Shown here in pieces: positions 61,416-64,000 of a DNA stretch of 64,000 nt. Under the pieces are notes generated by a model. It searched no databases. It was not told where the DNA came from and worked only from the letters and a program-made list of their open reading frames with translations. This DNA comes from Flavobacteriales bacterium. GTDB lineage: Bacteria; Bacteroidota; Bacteroidia; Flavobacteriales_D; JAUILH01. A program made the position numbers and the translations under genes. Numbering within the stretch: position 1 is the stretch's first letter; each line of letters starts with the position of its first letter. Location: positions 234,863-298,862 of the forward strand of contig CAXRGQ010000007.1 of assembly GCA_964230215.1 (NCBI GenBank), in the 5' to 3' direction.

Positions 61416-62398
61416 TGGGTACAGGTGTTCAAAAAGAAAAAGCTGGTCTCAAAGGCTTTATCGGTATCGCTTTAATCGTATTTGGTGGGTTTATTGCCTT
61501 TATGGTATTTGCTCCTTTTCCACTTGTAGTCAAGATTATATTCGGAATCTTTGTAGGGATAATAGGACTAGGCTTCATTTTTGTCCTAAAAAACAAACAG
61601 AAAGAGCTTGAAATTGCGGAGGAGTTTGCCAATAAAAAAGATCCCGAATTTGACGCACTATTTGAAGAATTAGAGAATGCACACGGTGAGCTATACTCAA
61701 TGAGTCGCTTGCAGCTCATTAATGCCATGTTCTCAAAAGAACACCCCTTCGAAATAGATGAAAATACAGAGATAATCAAAGATGATAGCTATAAAAAATA
61801 CGGGATGTTTTGGCATGCTATTAAGGAGTTTCATATCAAGTACAGACTAAAATCTAAACACGACGGGATTCCCTTCACCATCTTAAGATATACCTACTTT
61901 TTCGAGCGGGATGAAAAGCTTGAAAGTAAAAGCGGCTTTGTTTTTCAATCCGAATTCAATAAGCACTTCCAGCACCAAACATTGGTTATGCACGACTATT
62001 TTGAAAACTCAAAAGTGGGCGGAATTGCTATTGGACGACGACTATTTAAAAAACACATCAGTAAAAGCTACCAGTTGGAAGAAGTGTTACTTGAAGACCC
62101 TGTGTTCGAGAAACAATTTATTGTAATGGGACAAGATCAAATCGAAAGCCGTTTTCTTCTCTCGCTTAGTATGATGGAGCGTTTTAAAGAAATGGTGGAT
62201 AAAGTAGGCAATGTTCCATCAGTAGCATTCAAAGACAATACTGTTTCACTTAACCTTGAAGATAAAGACTGGCAGTCCAAACACATCAGTGGTAATTTTA
62301 AACTTTCGCTCAAATCGCTGTACAGATCAACCGACATGTTATTTAAGTTAACGGACACTCTTAAGCTCAATCAAGAGATTTGGAAGAAAATGAAATAG
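61415..62398 (+). CDS. Membrane-anchored protein, DUF3137-like
   Basis: Two N-terminal TM helices; LEDPVFEKQF.V...DQIESR.LLS..MMER motif. Confidence 0.7.
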   Translation: MGTGVQKEKAGLKGFIGIALIVFGGFIAFMVFAPFPLVVKIIFGIFVGIIGLGFIFVLKNKQKELEIAEEFANKKDPEFDALFEELENAHGELYSMSRLQLINAMFSKEHPFEIDENTEIIKDDSYKKYGMFWHAIKEFHIKYRLKSKHDGIPFTILRYTYFFERDEKLESKSGFVFQSEFNKHFQHQTLVMHDYFENSKVGGIAIGRRLFKKHISKSYQLEEVLLEDPVFEKQFIVMGQDQIESRFLLSLSMMERFKEMVDKVGNVPSVAFKDNTVSLNLEDKDWQSKHISGNFKLSLKSLYRSTDMLFKLTDTLKLNQEIWKKMK

Positions 62399-62613
62399 AG
62401 TCTAGTTGAAATTTTCCACACCCAAACATTTTGTGGTTAAAAATTGCTGATTCAAAAAATTAAGTTTTGTTTCGAATACCACAGATAGTGCCCTAGATTA
62501 AAGCATTCCGAATCATACACTGCCAAGTTTTAAAAATCAGCTTCTTAACTGTATTTTGTCTTTAAAGGATTTTAGACCCAGTTTTTTCATACATTGTTAA
62601 AAAACTACTTTAT

Positions 62614-63903
62614 ATGAAGAAATATTTACTCTTACTTAGCGCTTTTGTTACAAGTTTAACAATAGCTCAAAACGTGGATACGCTGGCCATTCAGGATTTT
62701 GAAACTGCGCCCGCGACACCAACATGGAACTATACTGGAACTCCAAATGCATTAATCTCTGGATTCACTACAGCTTCAGCTTCACCTGCCAATAGTCCAA
62801 TGGGTATTGGAGGCTCTACCGCATGGCATGTTGAATCTGTAAGTGGTGGAAATCCCTTAACATTTGATAATATTAGCATCCCTGCTGGATATGATAGTCT
62901 TAGACTAACATTTAAAATAGCTGCTATGAATCACACTGGAACTACCGGAGGTCCAGATCACCTAGATTATGTTTTGGTTGAATTGAGCACCGACGGCGGT
63001 AACACATACTATGCTAGGTTGCGAGTGAGAGGTGCAGCCAACAATAATTGTACGTGGGCATATGACGCTACCGCGATAGCTCAAGCAGACCATCTACCTG
63101 CAACTGAGGTGATGTTCCAGCCAACTAATTCGGGCCTACAAACCACCGATGGCTACAGCACGGTTATTATAGATTTTCCGGGCACTGTTGCTGACGTATC
63201 AGCTATTATAACGCCAAGAAGTTCTTCAACAAGTGATGATTGGATGGTTGATAACATAATGCTGCTTGGCTACACATCTTGTGCAGCAACAGGGTCGTCT
63301 CAAAATGTTGATATATGTAACGGACAATCCTACTTTGTGCAAAACGCAGCTCAAACTACCAGCGGCACTTATTATGATACATTAACCAACGCGGCTGGTT
63401 GTGATAGTATAATTACTACAACATTAAATGTAACAACACTAGATTCTACTGTAACAGCTGCAGGCCCAGATTTAACAGCAAACGCCGTTGGATTAAGCTA
63501 TCAGTGGTTAGACTGCGACAATGGTCTAATGCCAATTAGTGGTGAAACTGGTGCCAACTTTATGGCCAGTGCCAATGGAAATTACGCTGTTGAAGTGAGC
63601 GATGGCACTTGCTTAGATACCTCAGCTTGTGTTGCAGTAGTGGATGTGAGCACCCATCAAATCGATTTAGGTTCGCTTGAGATTTATCCTAACCCAGCAC
63701 AAGATCAAATTACGGTTTCATTGGCTAAGATAAAGTCTGGAATAAGCGCAAAAATTGTGGATGTAGCAGGAAAATTACAAAGCACACATACAATTCTAAA
63801 TCAAAACCAAATAATAGATATCAGCCAACTAGCTTCAGGTATCTATTTTATAGAAATTGTGTCAAACGAAACACGCATAACTAAACGGTTTTACAAAAAA
63901 TAA
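62614..63903 (+). CDS. T9SS-secreted protein (type A CTD)
   Basis: Signal peptide; GCDS repeat, YQWLDC, IYPNPA...GIYFIEI...RFYKK CTD. Confidence 0.88.
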   Translation: MKKYLLLLSAFVTSLTIAQNVDTLAIQDFETAPATPTWNYTGTPNALISGFTTASASPANSPMGIGGSTAWHVESVSGGNPLTFDNISIPAGYDSLRLTFKIAAMNHTGTTGGPDHLDYVLVELSTDGGNTYYARLRVRGAANNNCTWAYDATAIAQADHLPATEVMFQPTNSGLQTTDGYSTVIIDFPGTVADVSAIITPRSSSTSDDWMVDNIMLLGYTSCAATGSSQNVDICNGQSYFVQNAAQTTSGTYYDTLTNAAGCDSIITTTLNVTTLDSTVTAAGPDLTANAVGLSYQWLDCDNGLMPISGETGANFMASANGNYAVEVSDGTCLDTSACVAVVDVSTHQIDLGSLEIYPNPAQDQITVSLAKIKSGISAKIVDVAGKLQSTHTILNQNQIIDISQLASGIYFIEIVSNETRITKRFYKK

Positions 63904-63923
63904 GTCGTAGCATAAACCTATTG

Positions 63924-63950
63924 AAAGGCTGGTTTCACCAGCCTTTTTTT
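63924..63950 (+). terminator. Rho-independent terminator
   Basis: AAAGGCTGGT-TTC-ACCAGCCTTT followed by a T run. Confidence 0.9.
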
Positions 63951-64000
63951 ATTTAATTTCGTCCCACTTAAAATATTTTAATTCCCAGTACGTCATCCAA

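Overview
AT-rich chromosomal window from a Bacteroidota bacterium, probably Flavobacteriales. Support for this is the T9SS C-terminal sorting domains, TAnnTTTG promoters, the glycogen synthase-like/DUF4270/glmS/panCD synteny and a GldK-like protein. Most of the window is housekeeping: lipB, PGI/PMI, sucAB, rfbA, sodA, nrdB(ATP-cone)-nrdA, glmS, panCD, radA, sufE, galE, rpoN and asnS, plus envelope proteins, proteases and two T9SS cargo proteins. I recognised no rRNA, tRNA, CRISPR array, transposase or integrase. The most unusual region is 46.4-48.4 kb, just upstream of radA. There, two unrelated toxin-antitoxin modules (HigBA and MntA-HepT) each sit in the same repeated scaffold. The scaffold is a ~62-bp palindrome-containing leader ending in ACGTT and a 156-bp copy of the radA upstream region plus radA 5' end. 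Each module has its own imperfect 13-bp GTT...(A/G)AC terminal inverted repeat that overlaps the last stop codon. This resembles integron-type cassettes or tiny radA-targeting integrative units, with no recombinase nearby. A second family of hairpin repeats lies at 38.6, 58.8 and 60.9-61.2 kb, and one member directly brackets an orphan GldK-like gene. All product calls come from motif and family recognition by eye, not from database searches.
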